Origin: Clostridium sp. CAG:413
GTDB taxonomy: Bacteria > Bacillota > Clostridia > Oscillospirales > Oscillospiraceae
Direction of reading: 5' to 3'
NCBI GenBank assembly: GCA_963650985.1
Contig: CAVJNL010000001.1
Span: forward strand, 1 to 62,346
Length of the DNA stretch: 62,346 nt
Positions 1-8,975 of this stretch are shown here, piece after piece (position 1 is the stretch's first letter; each line of letters begins with the position of its first letter). Under the pieces are notes generated by a model. That model saw nothing but the letters and a program-made list of their open reading frames with translations. It ran no database searches and was not told the origin of the DNA. The translations under genes and the position numbers were made by a program.

Positions 1-109
1 CACTTGCAGCCTGAGAAGTATTTTCTCTCACGCACATGTCGCGAGAGAAAATGATTTGAATTTTTTGCCGCCTGCGGGCGGCAAACTCTGCGAGGATTTT
101 TTGACACGC
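1..109. mobile_element. Right-hand part of a putative MITE-like palindromic element, truncated by the window edge
   Basis: Two hairpins (TTTTCTCTCACG..CGCGAGAGAAAA; TTTGCCGCC TGCG GGCGGCAAA). Ends in TTTTTTGACACGC, near-identical to the right terminus CTTTTTCGACACGC of the 61701-61858 element. Confidence 0.5.
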
Positions 110-144
110 ATAAAAACGCACCCCGTGGGGTGCGTTTTTATGCG
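107..144. terminator. Perfect inverted repeat, probable terminator after yebC
   Basis: CGCATAAAAACGCACCCC-GT-GGGGTGCGTTTTTATGCG (18-bp arms), 7 nt beyond the yebC stop. Confidence 0.75.
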
Positions 145-151
145 GGTGAAA

Positions 152-886
152 TTAGTCCTGCTGCCAGTTGTGCCACACATTCTGGACATCCTCGTTGTCG
201 TCCAGCATGTCCAGCAGCTTTTCCATGCTCTTTACATCGTCCTCGCCGGTCATGGTCACATAGTTCTGGGGGACCATCTCCAGCTCGGCGCTCTCGAAGG
301 TGTAGCCCTTCTGCTCCAGAGCGGCCACCACATCGTTGAAGGCGTCGGGGTCGGTGGTGATCTCGAACACAGGGCCGTCGGCGGAGAAATCCTCCGCGCC
401 GGAATCCAGCGCGTCCATCATTACGGTGTCCTCGTCCAACTCCTCGTCCTCATTGCTGATGACGATAACGCCCTTGCGGTCGAAGCTCCAGCTGACGCAC
501 CCCTGGGCGCCCATGCCCTTGCCGTACTTATCGAAGTAGTGGCGAATCTCCGGGGCGGTGCGCTGGCGGTTGTCGGTGAGGGCCTCCACGATGACGGCCA
601 CGCCGCAGGGGCCGTAGCCCTCGTAAGTAACGGACTCGTAGTTATCGGTGTTGCCCGCGCCCAGGGCCTTGTCGATGGTGCGCTTAATGTTGTCGTTGGG
701 CATGTTGGCGGCCTTGGCCTTGGCGATGACGGTGGCCAGACGGGAGTTATTGGTGGGGTCGCCGCTGCCGCCCTGCTTCACCGCCACAATGATTTCCTTG
801 GCGATTTTGGTAAAGGCGGCGCTGCGCTTGGCGTCAGCCGCGCCCTTGGTTTTCTGAATATTGTGCCACTTGGAATGTCCTGACAT
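152..886 (-). CDS. yebC: YebC/PmpR family protein
   Basis: MSGHSKWHNIQ start, YEGYGPCGVAV, TDNRQRT, DVQNVWHN motifs. Confidence 0.97.
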   Translation of the reverse strand: MSGHSKWHNIQKTKGAADAKRSAAFTKIAKEIIVAVKQGGSGDPTNNSRLATVIAKAKAANMPNDNIKRTIDKALGAGNTDNYESVTYEGYGPCGVAVIVEALTDNRQRTAPEIRHYFDKYGKGMGAQGCVSWSFDRKGVIVISNEDEELDEDTVMMDALDSGAEDFSADGPVFEITTDPDAFNDVVAALEQKGYTFESAELEMVPQNYVTMTGEDDVKSMEKLLDMLDDNEDVQNVWHNWQQD

Positions 887-901
887 AGTTTACTCTCTCC
901 T

Positions 902-1678
902 TCAAATGCAGTATTGGATGACCTCGCTTTTATGCGAGATCGAAGTGGAAACGGAAACTGCGGAAAACGCCGCCTGCAGCCGCCGGCACAGCTCGGGAAC
1001 AATGACCTGCTCCGTGGGGAAATGCCCGGTATCGATGAGGTTCAGCTCCTTGGTGTCCAAAAAATCGTTGTAGCGAAGGTCTGAGGTCACAAAGGTATCG
1101 CAGCCCAATGCAATAGCCTGCGCGATATAGCCCCCGCAGGCGCCGCCGCCCACCGCCACGCGGCGGACAGGCTTACCGCAGTCGGTAAAGCGCAATCCAT
1201 TGCATCCTAATGATTTTACCACAAACCGGGTGAAGTCCACAAGGGGTATTTCACAATTTAATGTGCCTACCCGTCCAATTTTTTCTTCCGTCAGGGGTTC
1301 GGTATCCAAAAGACCCAGCTTTTGGGCCAAAACATCGTTGACGCCGCCCTCTGCCGCATCTAAATTGGTGTGCATACAGATGGCGGAAATGTGGTTTTCC
1401 ACCAGCTTGGTGAGGACGCGGCCCTGGCGGCAGTCGGTGCGCAGGGTCTGCACCGGGTGCCAGGCGCAGTTCATCACCGGGTGATGGGCCACGATCAGGT
1501 CCGCGCCGGTCTGGACGGCCTCGTCTACCACGGACTCGGTGATGTCCAGAGCCGTGAGGATCTTATGCACCTCCCGGTCCGGATCGCCCACCAGCAGGCC
1601 CACATTGTCCCAGTCCGCCGCCAGGTCGGCCGGGGCCCAATTATATAGGAAATTTTCTACTTCCCGCACGGTTATCAT
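902..1678 (-). CDS. Nif3-like dinuclear metal centre protein (YqfO/YbgI family)
   Basis: WDNVGLLVG, AHHP, HTNLD, GHFPTE motifs; 4-nt overlap with trmK. Confidence 0.95.
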   Translation of the reverse strand: MITVREVENFLYNWAPADLAADWDNVGLLVGDPDREVHKILTALDITESVVDEAVQTGADLIVAHHPVMNCAWHPVQTLRTDCRQGRVLTKLVENHISAICMHTNLDAAEGGVNDVLAQKLGLLDTEPLTEEKIGRVGTLNCEIPLVDFTRFVVKSLGCNGLRFTDCGKPVRRVAVGGGACGGYIAQAIALGCDTFVTSDLRYNDFLDTKELNLIDTGHFPTEQVIVPELCRRLQAAFSAVSVSTSISHKSEVIQYCI

Positions 1679-2370
1679 AGCTCCGCTCTCCTCTCTATCA
1701 GTGCTTGCTTGATTTTTCTCAGCGCTTCGGCTCGCCGTTGATTCTCACTTTCGCTGCTTTTTCGCAGGCCCTGTTCCGCTTGCTCCAGGCGGCGGATGCG
1801 CTCTGCCAGGTACTCCCCTGCCAGCGGGTCCACCTCTATATCCACGCCGCCGTAGATCTCGCCCGTGGAAAGGGGCGGCTGCGACCCGCCGAACGCGGTG
1901 AAAACGGGGTATAAGTAGTCCTTGTCCCGCACCAAGCGCTCGGCGCTTTGGGCATAGCCGTTTTCGTTGAGCCAGCGGCGCAGGTCCTCCTGCTTGGTCA
2001 TGGGCTGGAGCAGCAGAAGTATACCGCCCGCCTTTGTCCAGGGGGCCTGGGAGAGAATGTGGATGATTGTCTCACCGCCCATGCCGGCAATGACCACCGT
2101 ATCCGCGTCCTCCGGGCCTATGCCACGGAGCCCATCGCAGCAGAGAAAGCGCAGGCCGCTCACCACGCCGTATTGCTCCGCTGTGCGTCGGGCGTGGTCC
2201 AGGGGGGGCTGGCCTATGTCGGAGGCGATGGCCGAGGCGATGCGCCCCTTTTGCAGCAGGTAGACCGGCAGATAGCCGTGGTCTGTTCCGATGTCCGCCA
2301 GGCGCGCACCCTGGGGCACCAGGTCTGCCAAAAGCTGCAAGCGCGGCTGCAAATGCAACTGTTCCGTCAT
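1675..2370 (-). CDS. trmK: tRNA (adenine22-N1)-methyltransferase
   Basis: ADIGTDHGYLP, DGL, IAGMGG, LQPM motifs. Confidence 0.93.
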   Translation of the reverse strand: MTEQLHLQPRLQLLADLVPQGARLADIGTDHGYLPVYLLQKGRIASAIASDIGQPPLDHARRTAEQYGVVSGLRFLCCDGLRGIGPEDADTVVIAGMGGETIIHILSQAPWTKAGGILLLLQPMTKQEDLRRWLNENGYAQSAERLVRDKDYLYPVFTAFGGSQPPLSTGEIYGGVDIEVDPLAGEYLAERIRRLEQAEQGLRKSSESENQRRAEALRKIKQALIERRAEL

Positions 2371-2388
2371 GTGTTACCTCATATAGAC

Positions 2389-2435
2389 AAACGCAAACGC
2401 ATACGGACAAAGCCGTATGCGCTTGCCGTTTTTTT
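2389..2435. terminator. Hairpin between the DUF1858 gene and trmK
   Basis: GCAAACGCATACGG-ACAAAG-CCGTATGCGCTTGC with flanking A/T runs. Confidence 0.6.
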
Positions 2436-2437
2436 GC

Positions 2438-2638
2438 TTACTTGTTGGCTTCTTCGTTCACCAGGGCCAGCAGCTTTTCGCAATCCACGCCATGGACCAT
2501 GCAGGCCTCCTCCACGGTCTCGCCGCGGGAAGAGGGGCAGCCCAGGCAGTGCATGCCGATGGACAGGAAAATGGGCGCGGTCTGGGGCGCAACATCGAGA
2601 ATATCACCGATGATGGTGTCTTTGGTAATTTCAATCAT
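2438..2638 (-). CDS. DUF1858 (hybrid-cluster-associated redox disulfide) protein, 66 aa
   Basis: MIEITKDTIIGDIL..GMHCLGCPSSRGETVEEACMVHG; SD GGAGG precedes the ATG at 2638. Confidence 0.92.
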   Translation of the reverse strand: MIEITKDTIIGDILDVAPQTAPIFLSIGMHCLGCPSSRGETVEEACMVHGVDCEKLLALVNEEANK

Positions 2639-2672
2639 GGTAAATGACCTCCAGTTAATCTTTGGTTTCCTT

Positions 2673-2701
2673 ATTATAACCCGTTTGCAGACCTTTTTCA
2701 A
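2673..2701 (-). promoter_or_regulatory. SigA-type promoter of the DUF1858 gene
   Basis: TTGAAA-17-TATAAT on the minus strand. Confidence 0.7.
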
Positions 2702-2720
2702 CAATATTTTTTTATCAAAT

Positions 2721-2982
2721 CATAACCACCAGTAAACTGGTGGTTTGACCTGCCCCTAAAAGGGGCTATTACCGGCATAGCCCCTATAAGGGGCACCGAA
2801 TTATATTATCGCATCACACGCACTGCCACCCGTAAACGGGTACGGGCAAAGCCTATTCTTTCAACATCTCTTTCTCACTCAAATGTTTACTTTCAAGTAT
2901 TTGCTTCCCTTCGGAAAGCCTCATGCTAAAGCTATTTTTCTTCCCCCGGTAGAACCGGGGGTTTATTTCCACGCCTAAAGGC
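2721..2982. mobile_element. Non-autonomous IS200/IS605-type remnant (palindrome-rich, no transposase)
   Basis: Hairpins at 2724-2745 (AACCACCAGT-AA-ACTGGTGGTT), 2752-2766, 2780-2794, 2828-2841, 2943-2961 (CCCCCGGT-AGA-ACCGGGGG) and 2973-2982. The two long hairpins resemble each other, as IS200 subterminal palindromes do. Boundaries approximate. Confidence 0.65.
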
Positions 2983-2987
2983 ACCAA

Positions 2988-3021
2988 GAAAAAAACCGGC
3001 GCAGCAATCCGCGCCGGTTTT
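2988..3021 (-). terminator. Intrinsic terminator after the zinc-ribbon gene
   Basis: Minus strand AAAACCGGCGCGGATTGCTGCGCCGGTTTTTTTT. Confidence 0.8.
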
Positions 3022-3043
3022 AATGCATCTTATCCGCAAAGGA

Positions 3044-3322
3044 TCAGCCGTTCTCTCTCATCTTGGCGAAGCAGTCGCTGCAATACACAGGACGATCGCT
3101 CTTGGGCTCGAAGGGAACCTTGGCCTCGCCGCCACAGGCAGCGCAGGTAGCGGTGAAGTACTCACGGGGACCGCGGGCAGCGTTCTTGCGAGCGTCGCGG
3201 CAGGCCTTGCAGCGCTGGGGCTCATTCTGGAAGCCTCTCTCCGCATAGAACTCCTGCTCACCGGCGGTGAACACGAACTCGTTGCCACATTCTTTGCACA
3301 CTAAAGTCTTATCTTCGTACAT
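3044..3322 (-). CDS. Zinc-ribbon / CxxC-x17-CxxC domain protein, 92 aa
   Basis: MYEDKTLVCKECG..FTAGEQEFY..EPQRCKAC..CAACG..PVYCSDC; SD-like GAGGG upstream. Confidence 0.92.
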   Translation of the reverse strand: MYEDKTLVCKECGNEFVFTAGEQEFYAERGFQNEPQRCKACRDARKNAARGPREYFTATCAACGGEAKVPFEPKSDRPVYCSDCFAKMRENG

Positions 3323-3356
3323 GATTTTACCCTCTCTTTTGAGAAATATATTGCGC

Positions 3357-3980
3357 TCAGCCATTGCTGACATCGCCGGAAGAAATTTGCCGCGCTACTT
3401 TGCGGCGGATACGCTGAACGGCATTGTCCACGGATTTATAGGGCTTGCCCACCGTGGCTGCTATCTCGCCGCAGCTACAACCGTCCAGGTACAGATCCAG
3501 AACCCGGATCTCCAAATCGGAAAGCTGACTGCGCACTCGATTCAGCAGCGCCGCAGCCTTTTCCCGGTCGATCAGCTGATCCTCGGGGTCCAATTGACTG
3601 TACTGTGGCTGCGCATCAAGCAAAAATGCATTCAGGGGTACGGATTCATTTAACGGACTGTGTTTGCCGGCCAGGGACGCCCGGATCACCGAGTACAGCC
3701 GCCTGCGTATGCAGACCTCTGCAAAGGTTTGAAACCCGGCTTCCCGGTTTGGCCGAAACTCGCGCATGGCTTTGATCAGCCCCAGCATGCCCTCCTGCAA
3801 AAGGTCCTCGCTGTCGCCCCCGGCTAAAAAGAAGGGGTGTGCGCAGCTACGAACCAGCTTGCGGTAGCGCTGGACCAGTATTTCCTCTGCATCGGCGCTG
3901 CCGCCTTGCAGGGCCCGGCACAGCTCCTCGTCTGAGAGCTGCTCCAGTTCACTATACTGTCTCTGCACATATCCGTCCAT
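3357..3980 (-). CDS. sigH: RNA polymerase sigma-H-like factor
   Basis: FFLAGGDSEDLLQEGMLGLIKA, KHSPLN, KSVDNAVQRIRRK motifs typical of SigH. Confidence 0.88.
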   Translation of the reverse strand: MDGYVQRQYSELEQLSDEELCRALQGGSADAEEILVQRYRKLVRSCAHPFFLAGGDSEDLLQEGMLGLIKAMREFRPNREAGFQTFAEVCIRRRLYSVIRASLAGKHSPLNESVPLNAFLLDAQPQYSQLDPEDQLIDREKAAALLNRVRSQLSDLEIRVLDLYLDGCSCGEIAATVGKPYKSVDNAVQRIRRKVARQISSGDVSNG

Positions 3981-3985
3981 CCGCT

Positions 3986-4015
3986 ATTATACCTTTTTTA
4001 TGAATTAATTGTCAA
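3986..4015 (-). promoter_or_regulatory. Consensus SigA promoter directly abutting the sigH start
   Basis: TTGACA-18-TATAAT, then only 5 nt (AGCGG) before ATG. Confidence 0.75.
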
Positions 4016-4051
4016 GCAATCCGCAAAAATTTGTTAATACCATGCAAAACA

Positions 4052-5401
4052 TTACATGGTTTTTATGAAATCAGCCAAAGTCTGCGCCACGGTATGAGCC
4101 GTCTCGACGGTTTTCGCCTCCACCATGACCCGAATGAGGGCTTCCGTGCCGGAGGGGCGGACCAAAATGCGGCCCTCTCCGTGCAGCGCCTCCTCGTGCT
4201 TGCGCACCTGCTCCCACAGGCGGTCGTCACCCATAATGCGCTCCTTGACACCGCCCACAGCGGACACCGGCACATTGATCAGCTCCTGGGGGTACTGGAC
4301 GCAGCAGGACACCAGCTCGGAGGCCGGGACACCCGCCTCGCAGTAGGCCTGGATGAATTGCAGGGCCGTCAGCTCGCCATCGCCGGTGGTGGCAAACTCC
4401 CGGAAAATGGTGTGGCCCGACTGCTCGCCGCCGATCATGTAGCCGCACTCGATCATCTTCTCCAGCACATGGCGATCGCCCACATCGGTGCAGACCAGTC
4501 GATAGTCGCCCTTGCTGCAAAATTCGTGCAGGCCCAGGTTGGACATGACCGTGGCCACGATGGCATCGCCATTAAGAATGCCCCGCTTGCGCATGGAGCG
4601 GCCACACACGGCCAGCACCTTGTCGCCGTCGATGATGTTGCCCTTTTCGTCCACCAGCAGGCAGCGGTCGGCGTCGCCGTCGAAGGCGATACCCAGGTCG
4701 TACTTCCCTGCTGCCACGCCCCGGCACAGGGTCTCCATGTGGGTGGAGCCGCAGCCGTTATTGATGTTCACGCCGTCAGGCTTGTCGAAGATGAAGTCCG
4801 CGTGGAGGGGCAGCTTGCCGAACAGGCCCGGCGCCGTGGCGGAGGCCGCACCGTTGGCGCAGTCCACCAGCACCCGCAGGCCGCGCATATCGCAGTCTAC
4901 GGTGGAGAGCAGATGGTCAATATAATCCGACTTCATTTGGCGCATGCCGTGCAGGCGCATGCCGATCTGATCGTGGGTCTTGACGGGCAGGGTCTCCCCG
5001 GAGAGAACGATGCTTTCCACCTTCTCCTCCATCTCGTCGGAGAGCTTGTAGCCCTGGCCGCCGAAAATTTTGATGCCGTTGTGCTCATAGGGGTTGTGAG
5101 AGGCGGAGATGACGATGCCCGCGTCCGCCTCCTCCTGTACCGTGAGGAACGCCACCGCCGGGGTGGGAATAGTGCCAAAGGGCATAACGCTGCCGCCCAT
5201 GGAGCAGATGCCGGCCATCAGCGCGGACTCCAGCATATCCGAGGAAATGCGCGTGTCCTTGCCGATGCTGACGGTGGGGGCGCTGCCCTTCTGCTCCGTT
5301 AAAACAATGGTAATGGCCTGGCCCACACGGTAGGCCAGCTCCGCCGTAAGTGTCTCACCGACCACGCCGCGAATGCCGTCGGTGCCGAAAAGTTTACCCA
5401 T
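4052..5401 (-). CDS. glmM: Phosphoglucosamine mutase
   Basis: FGTDGIRG, ISASHNP, FDGDADR, GGEQSGH, RPSGTE motifs. Confidence 0.96.
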   Translation of the reverse strand: MGKLFGTDGIRGVVGETLTAELAYRVGQAITIVLTEQKGSAPTVSIGKDTRISSDMLESALMAGICSMGGSVMPFGTIPTPAVAFLTVQEEADAGIVISASHNPYEHNGIKIFGGQGYKLSDEMEEKVESIVLSGETLPVKTHDQIGMRLHGMRQMKSDYIDHLLSTVDCDMRGLRVLVDCANGAASATAPGLFGKLPLHADFIFDKPDGVNINNGCGSTHMETLCRGVAAGKYDLGIAFDGDADRCLLVDEKGNIIDGDKVLAVCGRSMRKRGILNGDAIVATVMSNLGLHEFCSKGDYRLVCTDVGDRHVLEKMIECGYMIGGEQSGHTIFREFATTGDGELTALQFIQAYCEAGVPASELVSCCVQYPQELINVPVSAVGGVKERIMGDDRLWEQVRKHEEALHGEGRILVRPSGTEALIRVMVEAKTVETAHTVAQTLADFIKTM

Positions 5402-5423
5402 TTCTCATTCTTCCTCCAAATTA

Positions 5424-6464
5424 TTATAGTGAAAGCTGCTCTTGGCCCAGGAAGGCCAGGTGCAGATGGTCATACGCTTTTTTGGTGACGCAGCGGCCCC
5501 GGGGCGTCCGGGTCAGGAAACCCAGCTGCATCAGATACGGCTCGTAGACATCCTCCAGGGTCACCGACTCTTCCCCGATGGTGGCGGCCAAAGTCTCCAG
5601 TCCCACCGGGCCGCCGCCGTAGTTTTCGATGATGGCACGGAGCATACGGCGGTCTACCGGGTCCAGGCCCAGGTGGTCGATCTCCAGCGCCTGGAGGGCC
5701 TGGTCCGCCACCGCGTCGGTGATGATGCCGTCCGCCTTGACCTGGGCGAAGTCCCGCACGCGGCGGAGCATACGGTTGGCAATGCGGGGCGTGCCGCGGG
5801 AGCGCCGGGCAATCTCCATGGCCCCGGAGGGCTTTATGGGGACCCGCAGAATGCCCGCGCTGCGGGTGACGATCTGCGCCAGCTCCTCCGGGGAGTAAAG
5901 CTCCAGCCGCAGCGTTACGCCGAAGCGGTCACGCAAAGGCGCGGAGAGCTGACCGGCCCGGGTGGTGGCGCCGATGAGGGTGAAATGGGGCAGGTCCAGG
6001 CGGATGGAGTTGGCCGAGGGGCCCTTGCCGATGATGATATCGATGGCGTAATCCTCCATGGCGGGGTAGAGAATCTCCTCCACGGAGCGGTTCAGCCGGT
6101 GAATCTCATCCACGAACAGAATATCATTTTCCTGCAAATTAGTCAGCAGCGCCGCCAGGTCGCCGGGTTTTTCGATGGCTGGACCCGAGGTAATGCGGAT
6201 GTTCACGCCCATCTCTGCGGCGATGATGCCCGCCAGGGTGGTCTTGCCCAGGCCCGGGGGGCCGTGGAGCAGCACATGGTCCAGGGACTCCGTGCGGCGG
6301 CGGGCTGCCTCGATGAAAATGGAAAGATTTTCCTTGGCCTTGCTTTGGCCGATGTACTCGCTTAGGCTGTGGGGGCGCAGGGAAAGCTCCCCGCTGTCCT
6401 CCGGCTGAAAGGTGGTGGACACCAGGGAATCTTCAAATATATCGTTGCCGAAATCAATACTCAC
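5424..6464 (-). CDS. ruvB: Holliday junction helicase RuvB
   Basis: [26 protein letters not shown] motifs. Confidence 0.98.
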   Translation of the reverse strand: MSIDFGNDIFEDSLVSTTFQPEDSGELSLRPHSLSEYIGQSKAKENLSIFIEAARRRTESLDHVLLHGPPGLGKTTLAGIIAAEMGVNIRITSGPAIEKPGDLAALLTNLQENDILFVDEIHRLNRSVEEILYPAMEDYAIDIIIGKGPSANSIRLDLPHFTLIGATTRAGQLSAPLRDRFGVTLRLELYSPEELAQIVTRSAGILRVPIKPSGAMEIARRSRGTPRIANRMLRRVRDFAQVKADGIITDAVADQALQALEIDHLGLDPVDRRMLRAIIENYGGGPVGLETLAATIGEESVTLEDVYEPYLMQLGFLTRTPRGRCVTKKAYDHLHLAFLGQEQLSL

Positions 6465-6491
6465 GAATCATTCTCCTTTGGGTGCCGCCTC

Positions 6492-7085
6492 TCAGCGCAC
6501 CATCTTTTTCAGGGCAAGGCGGATCATTTCCTCCACAGGCAGGGCCGCGTCCACGCCCTTGAGGGCGGCGGAAATTTCCTGGGACGAATACCCCAGCACC
6601 GCCAGGGCCGAGGCCGCCTCCTGGGTTTTGCTCCCGGTGGAGATGGGCGAAAGGGTGCCCACCCGGGCGTCGATGCCGCCCCGCTCCTTGGCCAGCTTGT
6701 CTTTCAGCTCCAAAATGATGCGCTGGGCGATCTTCTTGCCGATGCCGGGGACGCCGGTGAGGGCTTTTTCGTCGCCGGTGACGATGCTCAGGGCCAGTTG
6801 GTCCGGCGTCCCGGAGGATAAGATCGCCAGGGCCGCCTTGGGACCCACGCCGGAGATGCCGATGAGCATTTTGAAGCTGCTCAGCTCCGCCTGGGACGCA
6901 AAGCCGTACAGGACGAAAATTTCCTCCCGTACATGGAGGTAGGTGTAGAGCTTCGCCAGCTCTCCCCTCTTGAGCTGGGCCAGGGTATAGTTGGTGGTGG
7001 CGCAGGCGTAGCCCACCCCGCCGCAGTCGATGACCGCCAGGTTGGGGCCGATCTCCGACACCGTTCCGTTCACATAATAATACAT
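6492..7085 (-). CDS. ruvA: Holliday junction DNA-binding protein RuvA
   Basis: GGVGY, LYGF, SGVGPK, PGIGKK HhH motifs. Confidence 0.97.
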   Translation of the reverse strand: MYYYVNGTVSEIGPNLAVIDCGGVGYACATTNYTLAQLKRGELAKLYTYLHVREEIFVLYGFASQAELSSFKMLIGISGVGPKAALAILSSGTPDQLALSIVTGDEKALTGVPGIGKKIAQRIILELKDKLAKERGGIDARVGTLSPISTGSKTQEAASALAVLGYSSQEISAALKGVDAALPVEEMIRLALKKMVR

Positions 7086-7100
7086 AGGATTCTTCCTCTT

Positions 7101-7613
7101 TTACACAGTCTCCTTCACGCCCGGGTCCGCCCGACGCAGCAGGCTGGTGGCGCTGCGGGCGTGGCACAGGGCGATGGCCAGGGCGTCGGCGGCATCGTCG
7201 GGCCGAGGCACGGCCTTCAGCTTCAGCAGGCGGCGGGTCATGTCCATCACCTGCTTTTTCTCGGCCAGGCCGTAGCCCACCACCGCCTGCTTCACCTGCA
7301 TGGGCGTATATTCGTAGATAGGCAGCTTGTGCTTTTCCGCCGCGCAGAGGATGACCCCCCGGGCGTGGGCCACAGCGATGCCCGTGGTGATATTTTTGGA
7401 GAAAAACAGCTCCTCGATGGACATTTCATCGGGCCGGAACGCCTCGATCAGCTCCTCCATGTCCCGGCTGATCTGCAAAAGCCGCGCAGCCAGGGGCTCT
7501 CCGGCGGAGGTAGTGATGGCACCGTATTGCAGCATCCGCAGCGCGCCCCGGTCGGACTCGATAAGCCCGAAGCCCACAATGGCAACGCCCGGATCAATGC
7601 CTAGAATACGCAT
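7101..7613 (-). CDS. ruvC: Holliday junction resolvase RuvC
   Basis: ILGIDPG, EELFF, YTPMQVK, DDAADALA motifs. Confidence 0.97.
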   Translation of the reverse strand: MRILGIDPGVAIVGFGLIESDRGALRMLQYGAITTSAGEPLAARLLQISRDMEELIEAFRPDEMSIEELFFSKNITTGIAVAHARGVILCAAEKHKLPIYEYTPMQVKQAVVGYGLAEKKQVMDMTRRLLKLKAVPRPDDAADALAIALCHARSATSLLRRADPGVKETV

Positions 7614-7641
7614 AGCAAACCTCCACCAATTAACTTTTCAC

Positions 7642-7670
7642 AGTATAACAGATTCCTCCGGAAATAGCAA
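7642..7670 (-). promoter_or_regulatory. SigA-type promoter of ruvCAB-glmM
   Basis: TTGCTA-17-TATACT with TG extension. Confidence 0.65.
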
Positions 7671-7742
7671 GTCTCCCGGCTGATTCTTTCCGGGGCGCCG
7701 CCCAGGGAAAAAGTTTCATCTATGGAGCAGAAAAAGGTCCTG

Positions 7743-7771
7743 TTGCTTTGCACCGAAGGAGGTGGTATAAT
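7743..7771 (+). promoter_or_regulatory. SigA-type promoter of the FrhB-like/queH pair
   Basis: TTGCTT-17-TATAAT with TG extension. Confidence 0.7.
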
Positions 7772-7796
7772 AAAGAAAAAACTCGGAGGTACGACG

Positions 7797-8975
7797 ATGA
7801 TCTCTACCGCGTCTGCCCATCTTGCGCCGAAGGAGCACTGCACGGGATGCAGCGCCTGCGCCAGCGGCTGTCCCCGGGGCGCTATAAAAATGGAGCCCGA
7901 TAAGGAGGGCTTTCTATATCCCCATGTGACGGACGCCTGCGTCCACTGCGGACACTGCACCCATATATGCCCAGCCCTGAAGCACCGGGAGCAGCGGCCT
8001 GACCCCACGGTTTTCGCCGTGTGGAACGAGGACGAGGCCCAGCGCAGCCTCTCCACCTCCGGCGGCGCTTTTGCCGCCATCGCCGCCTTTTTCCTGGAGT
8101 CCGGCGGCGTGGTGTTCGGCGCGGCCATGGATGGCGACATGCGCGTGGTCCACACGGCCATCCAGAGCAAGGACGACCTGCCCCGCCTTATGGGCACGAA
8201 GCTGGTGCAGAGCGACATGGGCGAGTGCTTCCAGCAGGTGCGCTACTATTTGGCCCGGGGCACTCCTGTTTTCTTTACCGGCACGCCCTGTCAAGTGGAT
8301 GGACTTTACAGATATTTAGGCGAGTCCCCGGAGCTTCTTCTCACGGCGGACACCCTTTGCAGCGGTGTTCCCTCCCCGGGCGTGTGGAGCAAGGTGGTGG
8401 ACGCTATGCGCTACATCAAGCAGCGCCAGGTCACCGCCGTGCAATTTTGTAAGAAGCTCACGGGCAGCGAGCCCCGCTTTGTGGCGGAGTTTGAAGGCGG
8501 CGGGCGGTATGACGCCCCCCTGGGCAAGTCCGACTATGGCCGGGGCCTGTTCCGGGGCCTGTTTCTGCGCCCGGCCTGCTACCACTGCACCTGCTGCAAC
8601 ACCAACCGAGTGGCCGACCTGACCCTGGGCTCTTTCGCGGGTCTCCCCGCCGACTTTTATCCCCAGCAGCAGAAGCTGGGCGTCTCCATGCTGCTTATAA
8701 ACACCGTCAAGGGTGCGCACACCTTCGACATGATCCCCCTGCACCGGGAAAAGCGCACTTTGGCCGAGGCTGTGGCAAACAACCCGGCCCTTTCCCGCCC
8801 TACGGCTTTTCCCAAAGAGCGGGCCGCCTTTTTCGACGCCTTTATTACCCAGCCCTTCCAAAAGGTCTACCAACGCTTTTTCTCCATATCCGACTGGTCT
8901 TACCGCGTGGCCAACGAGGGTAAGCTCCGCAATTTTATCCGCCGCATCAAGCCCGGAAAGAAGGACGAACCATGA
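7797..8975 (+). CDS. Coenzyme F420 hydrogenase/dehydrogenase beta-subunit-like protein with N-terminal 2x[4Fe-4S] domain
   Basis: CTGCSACASGCP and CVHCGHCTHICP; STSGGAF, GTPCQV, CSGVPSP, LRPACYHC; SD GGAGGT before ATG 7797. Confidence 0.85.
   Translation: MISTASAHLAPKEHCTGCSACASGCPRGAIKMEPDKEGFLYPHVTDACVHCGHCTHICPALKHREQRPDPTVFAVWNEDEAQRSLSTSGGAFAAIAAFFLESGGVVFGAAMDGDMRVVHTAIQSKDDLPRLMGTKLVQSDMGECFQQVRYYLARGTPVFFTGTPCQVDGLYRYLGESPELLLTADTLCSGVPSPGVWSKVVDAMRYIKQRQVTAVQFCKKLTGSEPRFVAEFEGGGRYDAPLGKSDYGRGLFRGLFLRPACYHCTCCNTNRVADLTLGSFAGLPADFYPQQQKLGVSMLLINTVKGAHTFDMIPLHREKRTLAEAVANNPALSRPTAFPKERAAFFDAFITQPFQKVYQRFFSISDWSYRVANEGKLRNFIRRIKPGKKDEP

Noticed and set aside
2721..2982. Repeated hairpins as a CRISPR array
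   Set aside because: No identical, regularly spaced repeats with unique spacers; no cas genes.
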